Source of the DNA: Schizochytrium sp. TIO01
Lineage: Eukaryota; Protista; Bigyra: Labyrinthulomycetes
Reading direction: 5' to 3'
Length of the DNA stretch: 64,000 bases
Assembly: GCA_004764695.1 (NCBI GenBank)
Contig: SMSO01000007.1
Span: forward strand, 1,433,270-1,497,269
Shown: positions 1-9,957 of the stretch, one piece after another
How positions within the stretch are numbered: position 1 is the stretch's first letter
Layout of the letters: every line of letters starts with the position of its first letter
Notes under the pieces: generated by a model
The model's input: the letters and a program-made list of their open reading frames with translations, nothing else
The model's database searches: none
Told to the model about the DNA's origin: nothing
Made by a program: the position numbers and the translations under genes

Positions 1-385
1 TATGTTAAGTCAATTAGATAACATCCCGAATACAGCTAACCAATGCTACAAAACGTCATTCTCGCTTGCTGATGAAAACAAGTTCACTACACACTTTAAG
101 AATAATTTGCTCTTGGCTGCAGTTTTCGTCGCGAATAAGTTCAAATTCTAATTACAACTTCGGCCTCGATCACGCTAGTTCCTTGCTGTCTGGGACCTTT
201 TCTTAATCGCCTACTAACAATATGATCTTTTCCTCACTAAACCTGTAACTCAATTTGTTCCATACCAATCCTACTAAACTTATTAAATATTAAATATCCT
301 ATTTATCTTTCCTCTTTCATTTTCTTCATAGTTTTCACCAATCTGTGCTAAAGCAATACGGGATCTACAAACTCAAAGCGCCACG

Positions 386-3211
386 ATGGGCGCCTCGTTC
401 TCGTCGTCATCGCAGGGTGCCGCTCCATCATCTCGGCGCACGTCGTCCTCGTTGGACCTCTCGGGAGGGACTGGCACCTTTGATGGAGATGGGAACACCG
501 CTGTGGGCCGGCAATCGCCAACGCTAACGCTACTGCACCTGGCACGACAGCAGTCTAGTGCCGGCCTGAAATCCTCTTCATTTCTGCCTAGGCACGGCCG
601 CTCTGGAACTAATGCTGCCAACGAAGATTATCCCAGCGCTGCTGGAATCCTCGCGACGCCTCGCGGATCGAGAGGAAGGCGACTGCTCCCTTCAAGCAAA
701 TCCTATTCTTCAGGTCTTCCCGCTCTTAATTATAACGCCACAAACTCGCAATCAAACCCGAAACAACACTCGCAAACAAATTCTCAGTTGAACTCAAACC
801 TTTTTCAACATCAGAGCTCAAAATCCAGCTCAAGACCTAGCTCTAGCTCCGGGTTTACGCATAACCAGAACCAGAATGCTGACTCGCATGGCCTCGTGGC
901 TTTGGAGCACGCTGCAGGATTTCTTGGCGAAGGAGGTCTTCACGGGGCTCGCGGAAGTTTGTCAAATTCTGGAAACGGAGGAGTGATGAATACAAAGAGG
1001 TTGGACAAAATGACAACGCCCAAAGGCAGTTTCAAGGCGACTGACCAGCACATTCAATTGCAAATGCCATTGCAACAGGCCCATATCCAACCAAATGGAG
1101 GGGCGCATCTGGGAATGGAGACCGGGGTAGATACAGGTCGAAGAGCGGCAAGTCTAGACGATATGACGTTTCCGCTAGTTGTTTCAGATTTGATCAAAGC
1201 GCTCGTTGAAGTGCATTCAATCAAGGATTGCCTGATTGAATACTTCGATGGTCTTAGGAGAGGCGATGTAGAAAGGTCAAGACTTTCCATAGCAGCGGAA
1301 GTGTCCAGGAACTGTAACTTGAATAACCAATTCTGGTCAGAATTATCAAGTGTGCTGACTTACTATTTGACTGCAGAGAAATTGCTCACTTCACTGGAAT
1401 TTGCCAATAAAAAAGACAAACTCCATTCCACCATCGACATGCTTGAAAGGTCCATCAAGGGAATTACACGTCTTCTTGATGCCCAAATTGTCGCCTGCAG
1501 TGCACAAGAACGCAAACCTGCCGAACCGCACAGTGCGCGTTTTGAACCGTGGCAATTTGGTGGGCCCGGGTTTGCTGAAAGCTTCGACGAAGTTAACGTC
1601 ATGGCCTCAGCATCTTCTGCTTCGGCGGTGCGAGCAGACGATATTAATCCAGCTATGCTGGCGCGCATAAATTCGGAAGAAGCTAGGCATTCGCAGGTGC
1701 TTGCGCAAGTTTTCCTTTCTTCAGATCAGAAACGCATTGTTAGCACGCAGCCTGTCAAAGGTGCTCTCGAGGACTACGCCACCATCTTCTCTAAGATCAG
1801 CCAACTCTTCAAGACTCGACTTGCTACTTGCCAAATGTATGAGCGCATCACAACCGACCCAACTTCTTTGCCGCTAGCAAGTTTGAGTGTCAGTCCAGCC
1901 TGGCGTGACCAATTGGGCTTTCAAGAGACTTTGGAGGGGTCTAGTGGCAACAAAATGCTGCAAGATCTTATTGACAATGGCTTCGCAGAGCTCGAAGCAC
2001 TCACTTCACTTGCGCAGGTGCGCTACCAGATATCTTGTTATTCTTTGGATGGCACAATGCTCGCGCTTGCTGAAGCACGAAAGATTGTCGCTAGGCTTGA
2101 AGAACTCGCAACTGCAAATACCAGCTCCAACGATAACGAGATCATGGAAGAATCATCACTTGCAGATACCTTGTCGGGGACTCAAAATGGCCCCGCGCGT
2201 ACGGTTGGGCCTTTCAGAGCAACTATTCGTCCTCACCAGCAGCCAAGTCTTGCACCCACGAATGCTACTGCGGAGCAGCACTTTCGGGTTGCTGTGCAAT
2301 TCACACAACGGGTGTTTAACATGTTAGCTGCAAAGGCCACTCTTTTTTTCTCTGCTGTGCTTGCGCAACGAGTTGGCTCTTCGACATCGGGAAACAAAAA
2401 GTTTATCATGGTTAATACTATTCGACAGTTTGTGGTACACGAAAACCAGCGAATTCGACGCTCCTCCAAAAGTGCCAGTGGATCTCTTTCTCTTGTTCTG
2501 GTCCTTGATACTAGGCAGTGTTTACAGGAAGGGGTCAACGAGGAAGACCTTTCCTCTGTTAAGGTGAGTAAAGAGGGGAAGTTTGCAGCTCCGATGGAGC
2601 GCCGCCGAGTGCAGCGTCACTGTGTTTTACCTACGCGGAGTCCCAATGGTTTCTTTTGTAATCCACTCAAGGCAAATGGACTGCTTCTAGAAAGCGACAA
2701 GAATCTTCGACTCAATCTTGGGATTGACATGGAACAGCCAACTACTAAGATTCTCGTAACGAAGCCCCTGTCTACTAGCGAAATTGCCAACGTGCAAATC
2801 AAGGGCACAAAGAGTGCCAAAAACGCCAAGCCTAAAAAACCCCAGTTTGAGGAACGGACTACTTCTTTGAATCAAGATGAGCTCAACGAAACTAGCGAAA
2901 CAGCAGAATCACTATTTGCTCCCCTTGAAGGCGTTAATGCCTTTCCGTCGATCTTTTCGTTCCCGCCTACGTTTGTCTACAAACCTCATCAGGCAGCTAT
3001 TGCATCGGCAATTTTAGCTCGCTCGATAGACCTTACATCTTCTGCAACTGTGATTGCTGAGACAAAGCTTTCTCTCACATATATCATTCGCAAGATCGAC
3101 CCAACAGTGCATTTGGCACTCATTTATGAAGGCGTTGAGCTTACGCGAGATCAAACAAAAGATGCAGTTGAATTCGTTGACTCTTTCTTTCAACAGCTCA
3201 TTGTGCATTAA
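386..3211 (+). CDS. KICS2: KICSTOR subunit 2 (C12orf66/DUF2003)-like protein with long Ser-rich N-terminal extension
   Basis: 941-aa ATG ORF. Collinear blocks resemble KICS2 as I recall it: YLTAEKLLTSLEF, SQLFKTRLATCQMYERI, ELEALTSLAQVRYQISCY, AKATLFFSAVL, and C-terminal GVNAFPSIFSFP..HQAAI..LTYIIRKIDPTVHLALIYE. Confidence 0.7.
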   Translation: MGASFSSSSQGAAPSSRRTSSSLDLSGGTGTFDGDGNTAVGRQSPTLTLLHLARQQSSAGLKSSSFLPRHGRSGTNAANEDYPSAAGILATPRGSRGRRLLPSSKSYSSGLPALNYNATNSQSNPKQHSQTNSQLNSNLFQHQSSKSSSRPSSSSGFTHNQNQNADSHGLVALEHAAGFLGEGGLHGARGSLSNSGNGGVMNTKRLDKMTTPKGSFKATDQHIQLQMPLQQAHIQPNGGAHLGMETGVDTGRRAASLDDMTFPLVVSDLIKALVEVHSIKDCLIEYFDGLRRGDVERSRLSIAAEVSRNCNLNNQFWSELSSVLTYYLTAEKLLTSLEFANKKDKLHSTIDMLERSIKGITRLLDAQIVACSAQERKPAEPHSARFEPWQFGGPGFAESFDEVNVMASASSASAVRADDINPAMLARINSEEARHSQVLAQVFLSSDQKRIVSTQPVKGALEDYATIFSKISQLFKTRLATCQMYERITTDPTSLPLASLSVSPAWRDQLGFQETLEGSSGNKMLQDLIDNGFAELEALTSLAQVRYQISCYSLDGTMLALAEARKIVARLEELATANTSSNDNEIMEESSLADTLSGTQNGPARTVGPFRATIRPHQQPSLAPTNATAEQHFRVAVQFTQRVFNMLAAKATLFFSAVLAQRVGSSTSGNKKFIMVNTIRQFVVHENQRIRRSSKSASGSLSLVLVLDTRQCLQEGVNEEDLSSVKVSKEGKFAAPMERRRVQRHCVLPTRSPNGFFCNPLKANGLLLESDKNLRLNLGIDMEQPTTKILVTKPLSTSEIANVQIKGTKSAKNAKPKKPQFEERTTSLNQDELNETSETAESLFAPLEGVNAFPSIFSFPPTFVYKPHQAAIASAILARSIDLTSSATVIAETKLSLTYIIRKIDPTVHLALIYEGVELTRDQTKDAVEFVDSFFQQLIVH

Positions 3212-3733
3212 TTATTAGTTTTGCCAATACTTATTAATTTCTCTTGTATGATTTTTAAAGGTAGAATGTTAACAAACAGCCAAAATCAAAATAATCTAGC
3301 TAATATTCTTCCAGAGGAGTAATCACAAGTAGCATACATACTCAACCTTCTTTCCATTGAGTGAGCACACACGATTTTAATTTGAACATTTTGAAGAATT
3401 TGGAAAAACAAACAAACAGAATTAATCCAAGATAACTGAGATCGAATAAAGGATCTTACTGAAGGGTTGAGTATCTCAAGAATAATCACGGGAAGTCTTT
3501 ACAATCGCTCTGACGATGGCGCAGGAGATGAAAGCAGCATGAATATGCTAAAAGCACTCCCAAACCAGCAGGCATAATCTTTAAAGCCCTATATAACCAA
3601 AACTCCGTTGCTCTGTGGTGTAGTAGCTACACAGCCAAAAGATTGCACGTTTTCTATTTATTCACCTTTAGAATATATACCACATCTCTTCAAACCTATG
3701 GAAACAAATATAGTGTCTGTATCCTTATTGAGT

Positions 3734-5071
3734 TCAAAATTCGTGAATAGTATATGCGTCTTGAGGACGCGTTGAATATGCATAAAAGGAAAAAAGCGTT
3801 AACCAAGGCCCAATGTGGTCCTGCAAGGTCACACGAAACCGTGTAGGCTTTCTACCAACTTTGAAATAATAACGTGTTGTGCCTGGTACTGGCATTGGAA
3901 ACGCATAAAACTCTGTCACCACAGTCCAACCTTTGACATCTCCTTCTCCTTCTTGCACAAGCTTATACACAGGAAAACATATATCATCTGCAAACTTCTT
4001 CTCTTCCTTGGACATATTCTCGTCTTGAAGAAGTGGTTCATACCGTTGCATTACTTTATACAAAACCGTGCCTGGGTACCTACTTTTGAAAGCTATAAAC
4101 TCAAATCGACGACACCACGCCGTAGTGAAGTCTGGATCTCCCTCTGTATCGTATTCAAACTGTTCAATTGGCGGATGAAGATATGCAGAGTCTTGCACTG
4201 GCATAATCTTCACCATTGATCGCTGCAGAGTGGGCTCGCAGTATACTGCGTCATAAACAGCTTGCCGAACTGTCGGATACGCAAAAAATGAGAAAACTTG
4301 GCTCCAGCCACCTCGAGCATGTGTCTCTTCAGAAATTCGATGTCGGATGGGGTTTGGAACCTGCTGTACATTTAAGCTGATTGCCCCTTGTATTGGACCA
4401 TAAAATGCATAAAACGCATACCTGCGGGTCCAATAGCGGTGGCGCTCTGCACGTGGGTCTCCGTCTGCATCAGTTTGCTCCATGCAAACTTTGCAGCGAT
4501 ATGGTTTCTCTGAACTCCAAACTGAGTAGCGAGTTGAACCAGGCATCGGGTGTGTGTATGCAAAAAATGACAACGTATAGCTCCACTCTTCGATTGTCGA
4601 ATATGTCCCGCAAAACTCTCCCAAGTTATTCTTGTTGACTACGAGACAGCGCTGTGGAACATTGGTCGACATATAGACATCGAGACGAATTGGTCTTGCG
4701 TCATAAGGGTTTGCTAACTTGGGTAGAACTGCAAGCCAACCTTGCCGCATTGCCTCTAGTGTACCTGCTGGTCCTGCTGGATCGGGTTCCTCCATCCCAA
4801 AATAATGTATCTCTTCCGTGCGCAAGAGTATTGGACAGGTCCATTGAGACTGGTTTGTTTCTAGGTCAACCCAGTAATCGATGCCTGATTCAGTGTCCTG
4901 TGCTTTTGTAAAGCGCTTTTTTAGCCTTCTCTTAACTCGCCTTCTAACTTTGAAACTCCGAAACATTGCTTGAATGCGTGCAGCAGAACTCATTTCCAAC
5001 GCTTCTTGGGCCATCTCTTCAGGCGTTTTGACCGTCGACCTCCGACGACTCTGTGTGTCTGATCGTTTCAT
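3734..5071 (-). CDS. IQ motif + WW domain protein with six W-x5-F-x-A-[FY] repeats (function unknown)
   Basis: 445-aa ATG ORF. IQ motif AARIQAMFRSFKVRR; WW-like DTESGIDYWVDLETNQSQWTCP; repeats anchored at W163, W214, W256, W319, W382 and W423. Confidence 0.85.
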   Translation of the reverse strand: MKRSDTQSRRRSTVKTPEEMAQEALEMSSAARIQAMFRSFKVRRRVKRRLKKRFTKAQDTESGIDYWVDLETNQSQWTCPILLRTEEIHYFGMEEPDPAGPAGTLEAMRQGWLAVLPKLANPYDARPIRLDVYMSTNVPQRCLVVNKNNLGEFCGTYSTIEEWSYTLSFFAYTHPMPGSTRYSVWSSEKPYRCKVCMEQTDADGDPRAERHRYWTRRYAFYAFYGPIQGAISLNVQQVPNPIRHRISEETHARGGWSQVFSFFAYPTVRQAVYDAVYCEPTLQRSMVKIMPVQDSAYLHPPIEQFEYDTEGDPDFTTAWCRRFEFIAFKSRYPGTVLYKVMQRYEPLLQDENMSKEEKKFADDICFPVYKLVQEGEGDVKGWTVVTEFYAFPMPVPGTTRYYFKVGRKPTRFRVTLQDHIGPWLTLFSFYAYSTRPQDAYTIHEF

Positions 5072-5879
5072 CGTACTTCAATTCGTCGTCTCATCAAAGC
5101 TAGGATCGAGGGCAGAATCAAAGGCTTTTAGAAATTATTGTAGTAGGCGAGATGACCGGGGTCGCGGCAGTTTATGTGTCTGGTGCAAACTAAACAAACC
5201 TTGCTAGGTTTTGGTAAACACTTCAAATCTAAAAAAGTATTAAGCTCTGAACCATGAAAATCACCAGGTCAACTTTGTTCCCGCGCAAAATGAAAGGAAC
5301 ACAGAAATTCAAGCGAACCAAAGCAATTCGAAAACCTTCCCACCTTGCGCCTTGCAAACCTTTTGTACATTCTTGCCCAGTTTCACCTTTTTTTGTATCT
5401 TAATATAGCTCGAGCGCTGTTCTATTCAATCATTAACACTCTAAGTTCTCTTCAGATACCATCTATTTAAGCTAATCTAAGAGTTTGTGTGAAACATGCC
5501 TTTGGTTACTCCAGCAATGCTCCCGAGCTCCCTTCACAGGTGTATATAATAACTAGATAAATTGTCGCGCCGTTCTTCTCCGCATCTCATCAGACACACT
5601 TGAGAGTGCACACCTTTTCATTAAAAAAGAAAGGGAACTTTACCAATGCTCTTTGCAATGACTCTCTTTTGCCCGTTGACAAAGAACACGATGCATATTC
5701 TAAAGGGAGCGCGAAAGCAATGGCTTGGTGAGGAGAAAGTCGCGGGAGGTTTCAAGAAGAGACTGTGCGGCGGTGCTAAACCTCTCGGGTCGTGAACTGC
5801 GAGAGGTCTCCGGTGGGTTTCGGGAGCGAGTGTTTTCTACAACTGTTGAGACATCTTGGCGGTGTAGCAAGAGCTTAAG

Positions 5880-7304
5880 ATGGCCAAGGGCAAGAAGAAG
5901 GGCGGCAAGAAGGGCGGCGACGATGGTGCAGCAAATGCAGAGGCGGAAGCTCGTCTCGCCCTTGTGCGCCAGGCCAAAGAGCTGAAGCGTAAACTGCTTA
6001 CGGAACAGCAGCAATTCAATGAATTCCAACAGCAACGCGAGAAAATTAATTATTTCTGGATTGTAGAGAAAAAGAACCTTGAGGATAAAAAGGCAGATGT
6101 GCGCAATAAGCATCGCGAGCTACAAGATCTCGAGGAGCGTCATCAGGTAGAGATTAAAGTATATAAGCAGCGTGTTAAGCACTTGCTATACGAGCATCAA
6201 AACGAGGTTACAAATCTGAAGGCAGATTGTAATAATTCGTTGCGGTTAGAGGAAGATAAACATCGCCATGCCGAGCAAGAGCTCAAGAAGGACCAACGCT
6301 CTCTTAAAATTGAATTCAAAGAAACTGAGCTCAGCCATGATGACTTTGTGAAAAGCCTAAAACAAGAACATGACCGAAGGGTCACAGATTTGCGTCAAAA
6401 CTTTGAAAGACGAGCACGAGAGTTGCAGCTTAAACACGAGCGGAGGTCGCGCGTACTACGGGAGCAGCTCGAAGCTCAGCGCAAGGCAGACATTCAACGT
6501 ATCGAGCAGCGCAAAGATAGCCATATTGACGAACTCATGAAAACTCATGAAAAAGCATTTGCAGAAATCAAGAACTACTACAACGACATTACGCATAACA
6601 ACCTCGATCTGATTAAATCCCTTAAAGAGGAGGTCTCAGAAATGAAAAAGAAGGAATCTGCAGATGAGAAGCTAATGTTTGAGATTGGGCAAGAAAATAA
6701 GCGAATGTCCGAACCCCTTAAGCAAGCTCTTCTTGATGTAGAGCGTCTGCGCACAAGTCTTGAGGAATACACAGAAATCAAACAGCGACTTTCAAAAACC
6801 AAAGCGAACCTCGGCGTTATTCAAGATCAGCTCAAAGCACTTGAGTGGGAAAACGAGGTACTTACACAACGCTTTGAGCTCGTTTCTGCTGAGCGTAAAA
6901 ACCTTTACGACCAGCTTCAGAATACGGTCTTTGATGTACAGCAGAAAACCGGTTTCAAAAATCTGCTTCTTGAGAAGAAGGTCTCCTTGCTAGACCGTGA
7001 GCTTGAAAAAACCGATGGTTACCTGACAGAGATCCTTAAGCAATTCAATCTCGACCCGTCAACCCTTGGAATCGTGCAGAATAAGATGCGGGATATTCTT
7101 GAAGCAAAAAATAATGCCGTCACCCAACTTGCTCAGGCTGTTGCCGCTGCCACACAACAACACAACAAAATGCTTGAGGCATACGAAAGCAAACTCACAG
7201 AATACGGTATTGCTGTCAATGAAATTGGCTTCAAGCTTCATCCTATGTCTATGCCGTTTGATGCGGATATTGAATCCAAGTCAGACGCTAGCAACCAATT
7301 TTAA
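5880..7304 (+). CDS. GAS8: Dynein regulatory complex subunit 4 (GAS8/DRC4/trypanin family)
   Basis: 474-aa coiled coil with family motifs FQQQREKINYFW, HQVEIKVYKQRVKHLLYEHQ, HEKAFAEIKNYYNDITHNNLDLIKSLK and VQQKTGFKNLLLEKK. Confidence 0.97.
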   Translation: MAKGKKKGGKKGGDDGAANAEAEARLALVRQAKELKRKLLTEQQQFNEFQQQREKINYFWIVEKKNLEDKKADVRNKHRELQDLEERHQVEIKVYKQRVKHLLYEHQNEVTNLKADCNNSLRLEEDKHRHAEQELKKDQRSLKIEFKETELSHDDFVKSLKQEHDRRVTDLRQNFERRARELQLKHERRSRVLREQLEAQRKADIQRIEQRKDSHIDELMKTHEKAFAEIKNYYNDITHNNLDLIKSLKEEVSEMKKKESADEKLMFEIGQENKRMSEPLKQALLDVERLRTSLEEYTEIKQRLSKTKANLGVIQDQLKALEWENEVLTQRFELVSAERKNLYDQLQNTVFDVQQKTGFKNLLLEKKVSLLDRELEKTDGYLTEILKQFNLDPSTLGIVQNKMRDILEAKNNAVTQLAQAVAAATQQHNKMLEAYESKLTEYGIAVNEIGFKLHPMSMPFDADIESKSDASNQF

Positions 7305-7780
7305 ACCCCATTGCTGAAATTCAGCAAAAGCTTCTTCTACCTTTGTTATGTTATAATATACGTTCATCTATATCTTTGTTTGCTCGTCTCTACTTTTGTC
7401 TAGTTTTGCCCCTTCCGTCTCGACATCCCTTCAATCACTCTCTACCTATCTCTTCGCAGTGATTTTTTTGGGGGAAAGAGGAAAATTGGTACTTATTATC
7501 TTACCTTCTCCCACGAAATAAACTACAAAGTTGTGCTGCTACTGGGTATGAATTTAGTGTCAGGCGGGTATTGGATGACTTATGAATGAGAAAATGCGAA
7601 ATGAAGAATGGGATAGAAATGCATGATGAAAACTTGTAGTAACTTCAAAAACAATCTTACTGGAGAAAGAAAAAAAATAGAGGGAAAAAAAAGGTCTATC
7701 ACACACCTTCACTATCCGTTAGACCTGTTGACTTAATCATCGCTTTTGATCGTAATAATACCGTAATGATTGCCCCTTCC

Positions 7781-7993
7781 TTACAAAGCATCATACCAAG
7801 TAAGCTTGAAACACTCAACTAAAAAGTAACCCATAAAAGGACTGATCGTTGTGTGCTCATACCCTTGTACCTTGGCCAGTACCAAGGGCTTTGCAGGTTG
7901 CACCTCCCTAGTTGCGGCTTTGCGACTCGAGTATAAGTATAACGCAACACCAATTGTGCCAAGGCCAAAGGTTACCTTGTGGAGGAGAAACAT
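7781..7993 (-). CDS. Possible small membrane-anchored ORF or first exon, head-to-head with ODAD1
   Basis: ATG at 7993, 70 aa. Starts MFLLHKVTFGLGTIGVALYLYSSRK (signal-anchor-like). No recognised homology. Confidence 0.25.
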   Translation of the reverse strand: MFLLHKVTFGLGTIGVALYLYSSRKAATREVQPAKPLVLAKVQGYEHTTISPFMGYFLVECFKLTWYDAL

Positions 7994-8088
7994 CGGTCTT
8001 GAAGAACGAGAAGTACTGAGCTCGTGGTACTTATTTTCGTGAAGTCGCTCACCTAGCCTTGGTGCTTCTTGCAGCACATTAGAAAGCT

Positions 8089-9957
8089 ATGAGTGGAAAC
8101 GATGGCCACGATGATGAAGCTCGTACAGCAGCGACACTCGCAGCTGAGTTTTCGCAGTTGCAGCGAGAATACCGCAACATGGAGCAAAATCGACGAGCTT
8201 ACACAGAAGAAAGCCAGAACATCATTCGTAGGCAGCAAGCTGCGATTAACAAACTCCGGAAAGATGAGGAAGGACTGAAGGCCGAGCTTGCCATGGAAGA
8301 AAGACACTCTGCAATGCGTGGCGGTGATTCTGGTCCTTCAAGTAAACTAAGCCTCTTGCAAGATCAGGGTGATTCTTTTACGCAGAAGCTTGCAGTAGAA
8401 ACACGGAACTTAGAGGAGTTGAACAAGGCAATTAAGGTCATGAAGAGCAAGATTCTGCAACAGCGTAAGCAGATGGGTGGTGTTAACGCAGCTAAAGAAA
8501 GTCAAAAGATGGTTGCAAAGCAAATTCGTATCTTAGAAAATCGTTTAGACAAGGCTCTTGTGAAATTCAATGAAGCTCTTGCACATAATAAGAACCTTCG
8601 AGAGACTATTGACGGTCTTCGTCGTGAGCGTGTGGTGTTTGATAACATCTACCGCAAACTCGAAAAGGAACTTCATGAAAAGAAGAAGCAAATGGCTAAC
8701 ATTATCGAGTCGTCAAACCTAGCGTACGAGTCACGTGACCAAGCGCAAATGGAGATGACTGCTATCGAGCAGCAAAACAATAAGGAGCGCGCCGAATTTG
8801 AGGAACAAATGGCAGAGCTCGACCGCGCCATCGACGCTGATCGAAAGAGGAAGGAGATTCTCTTGCGCGAACAAGGCAAGGACGTGATTGGTCAGCGCGG
8901 GGAAATGTCAATTGAGGAGGAAGCCCGCTTGAAGAAGAAGGTTGCCAAGGGTGTGTGGAGCATGGCCAAGGACAAGGCAAACGTTGCCGCAACAGAGATG
9001 AAGGTGCAGTCATATGAAGAAGCATTCAATCGCATCAAAGCTGCGACTGGAATTACAGATGTCGATGAACTAGTCAAAACTTTTATTCAGAATGAGGAGC
9101 AAAACTTCTCTTTGTTCAATTTTGTGAATGAGCAAAACAACGAACTGGAAAAGCTTGAAGAACAGATCCAGCAACTGCACGATGAGGAAGAGAAGTATGC
9201 GCAGGAGTCCGGAGATGACGCAAACCAGCATCAACAGTTGCTCAACGATTTACAAACGAAGTTGCAAAGTACTGAAGCATCAGCAGAGAAGTATGAGCTT
9301 AAGTATCAGGATGCTATGAAGACTGTTGCTGCGCTCAAACTGGGCATTCAGAGTATTTTCATCAAGACGGAGTGCGACAAAACGGCAATGGCGGAGCTTT
9401 TGTCAGATAGCCAGGTGACTGAAGCAAATATTATGCAATATCTCGGAATAATCGAACAACGAACAAACGAAATTCTACAAATGTGGGCTGCGTATTCGAG
9501 GCGTCAAATTCCTATGGGCGACTTGGGACATGGTGACCACGACGAGGGTCCGGGTAGCCCACTGCTCTCTCCTCCTGGAAGCCCTTACTCTCCAGGATCA
9601 CCAGGAGGTCCTGGGTCCCCGTCGAATGCATTAGTCAACATTCTTGGCCAAGGACCAACAGCGCCTATGGGCCAGGAGACGGTTCAGATTAATCCGCCGT
9701 CGCTTAATGAGTACTCATCGGATGAAGGTTCTGACGATGAGGACCAAGAGTATCGCCCACTTACTCATCAAGAGCTCAAGATCAAGACTATGAAAACAAT
9801 TCACAAGAAGGCGTCCCATCAGACTTCGCCCAGCAAACGTACTGGAGGTGGTGCTGGCGGAGGAACTGGTAGCAATATGCAGTCTCGCCAGCGCACCTTT
9901 GTTGACTCGCAAGCGACCGCGCATTTCAACATTCCGTCATTTTCTCAGGATGACTAA
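8089..9957 (+). CDS. ODAD1: Outer dynein arm docking complex subunit (ODAD1/CCDC114/CCDC63, Chlamydomonas DC2 family)
   Basis: 622-aa coiled coil with motifs QIRILENRLDKALVKFNEALAHNKNLRETID, FIQNEEQNFSLFNFVNEQNNE, VTEANIMQYLGIIEQRTNEIL and RPLTHQELK. Confidence 0.93.
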   Translation: MSGNDGHDDEARTAATLAAEFSQLQREYRNMEQNRRAYTEESQNIIRRQQAAINKLRKDEEGLKAELAMEERHSAMRGGDSGPSSKLSLLQDQGDSFTQKLAVETRNLEELNKAIKVMKSKILQQRKQMGGVNAAKESQKMVAKQIRILENRLDKALVKFNEALAHNKNLRETIDGLRRERVVFDNIYRKLEKELHEKKKQMANIIESSNLAYESRDQAQMEMTAIEQQNNKERAEFEEQMAELDRAIDADRKRKEILLREQGKDVIGQRGEMSIEEEARLKKKVAKGVWSMAKDKANVAATEMKVQSYEEAFNRIKAATGITDVDELVKTFIQNEEQNFSLFNFVNEQNNELEKLEEQIQQLHDEEEKYAQESGDDANQHQQLLNDLQTKLQSTEASAEKYELKYQDAMKTVAALKLGIQSIFIKTECDKTAMAELLSDSQVTEANIMQYLGIIEQRTNEILQMWAAYSRRQIPMGDLGHGDHDEGPGSPLLSPPGSPYSPGSPGGPGSPSNALVNILGQGPTAPMGQETVQINPPSLNEYSSDEGSDDEDQEYRPLTHQELKIKTMKTIHKKASHQTSPSKRTGGGAGGGTGSNMQSRQRTFVDSQATAHFNIPSFSQDD

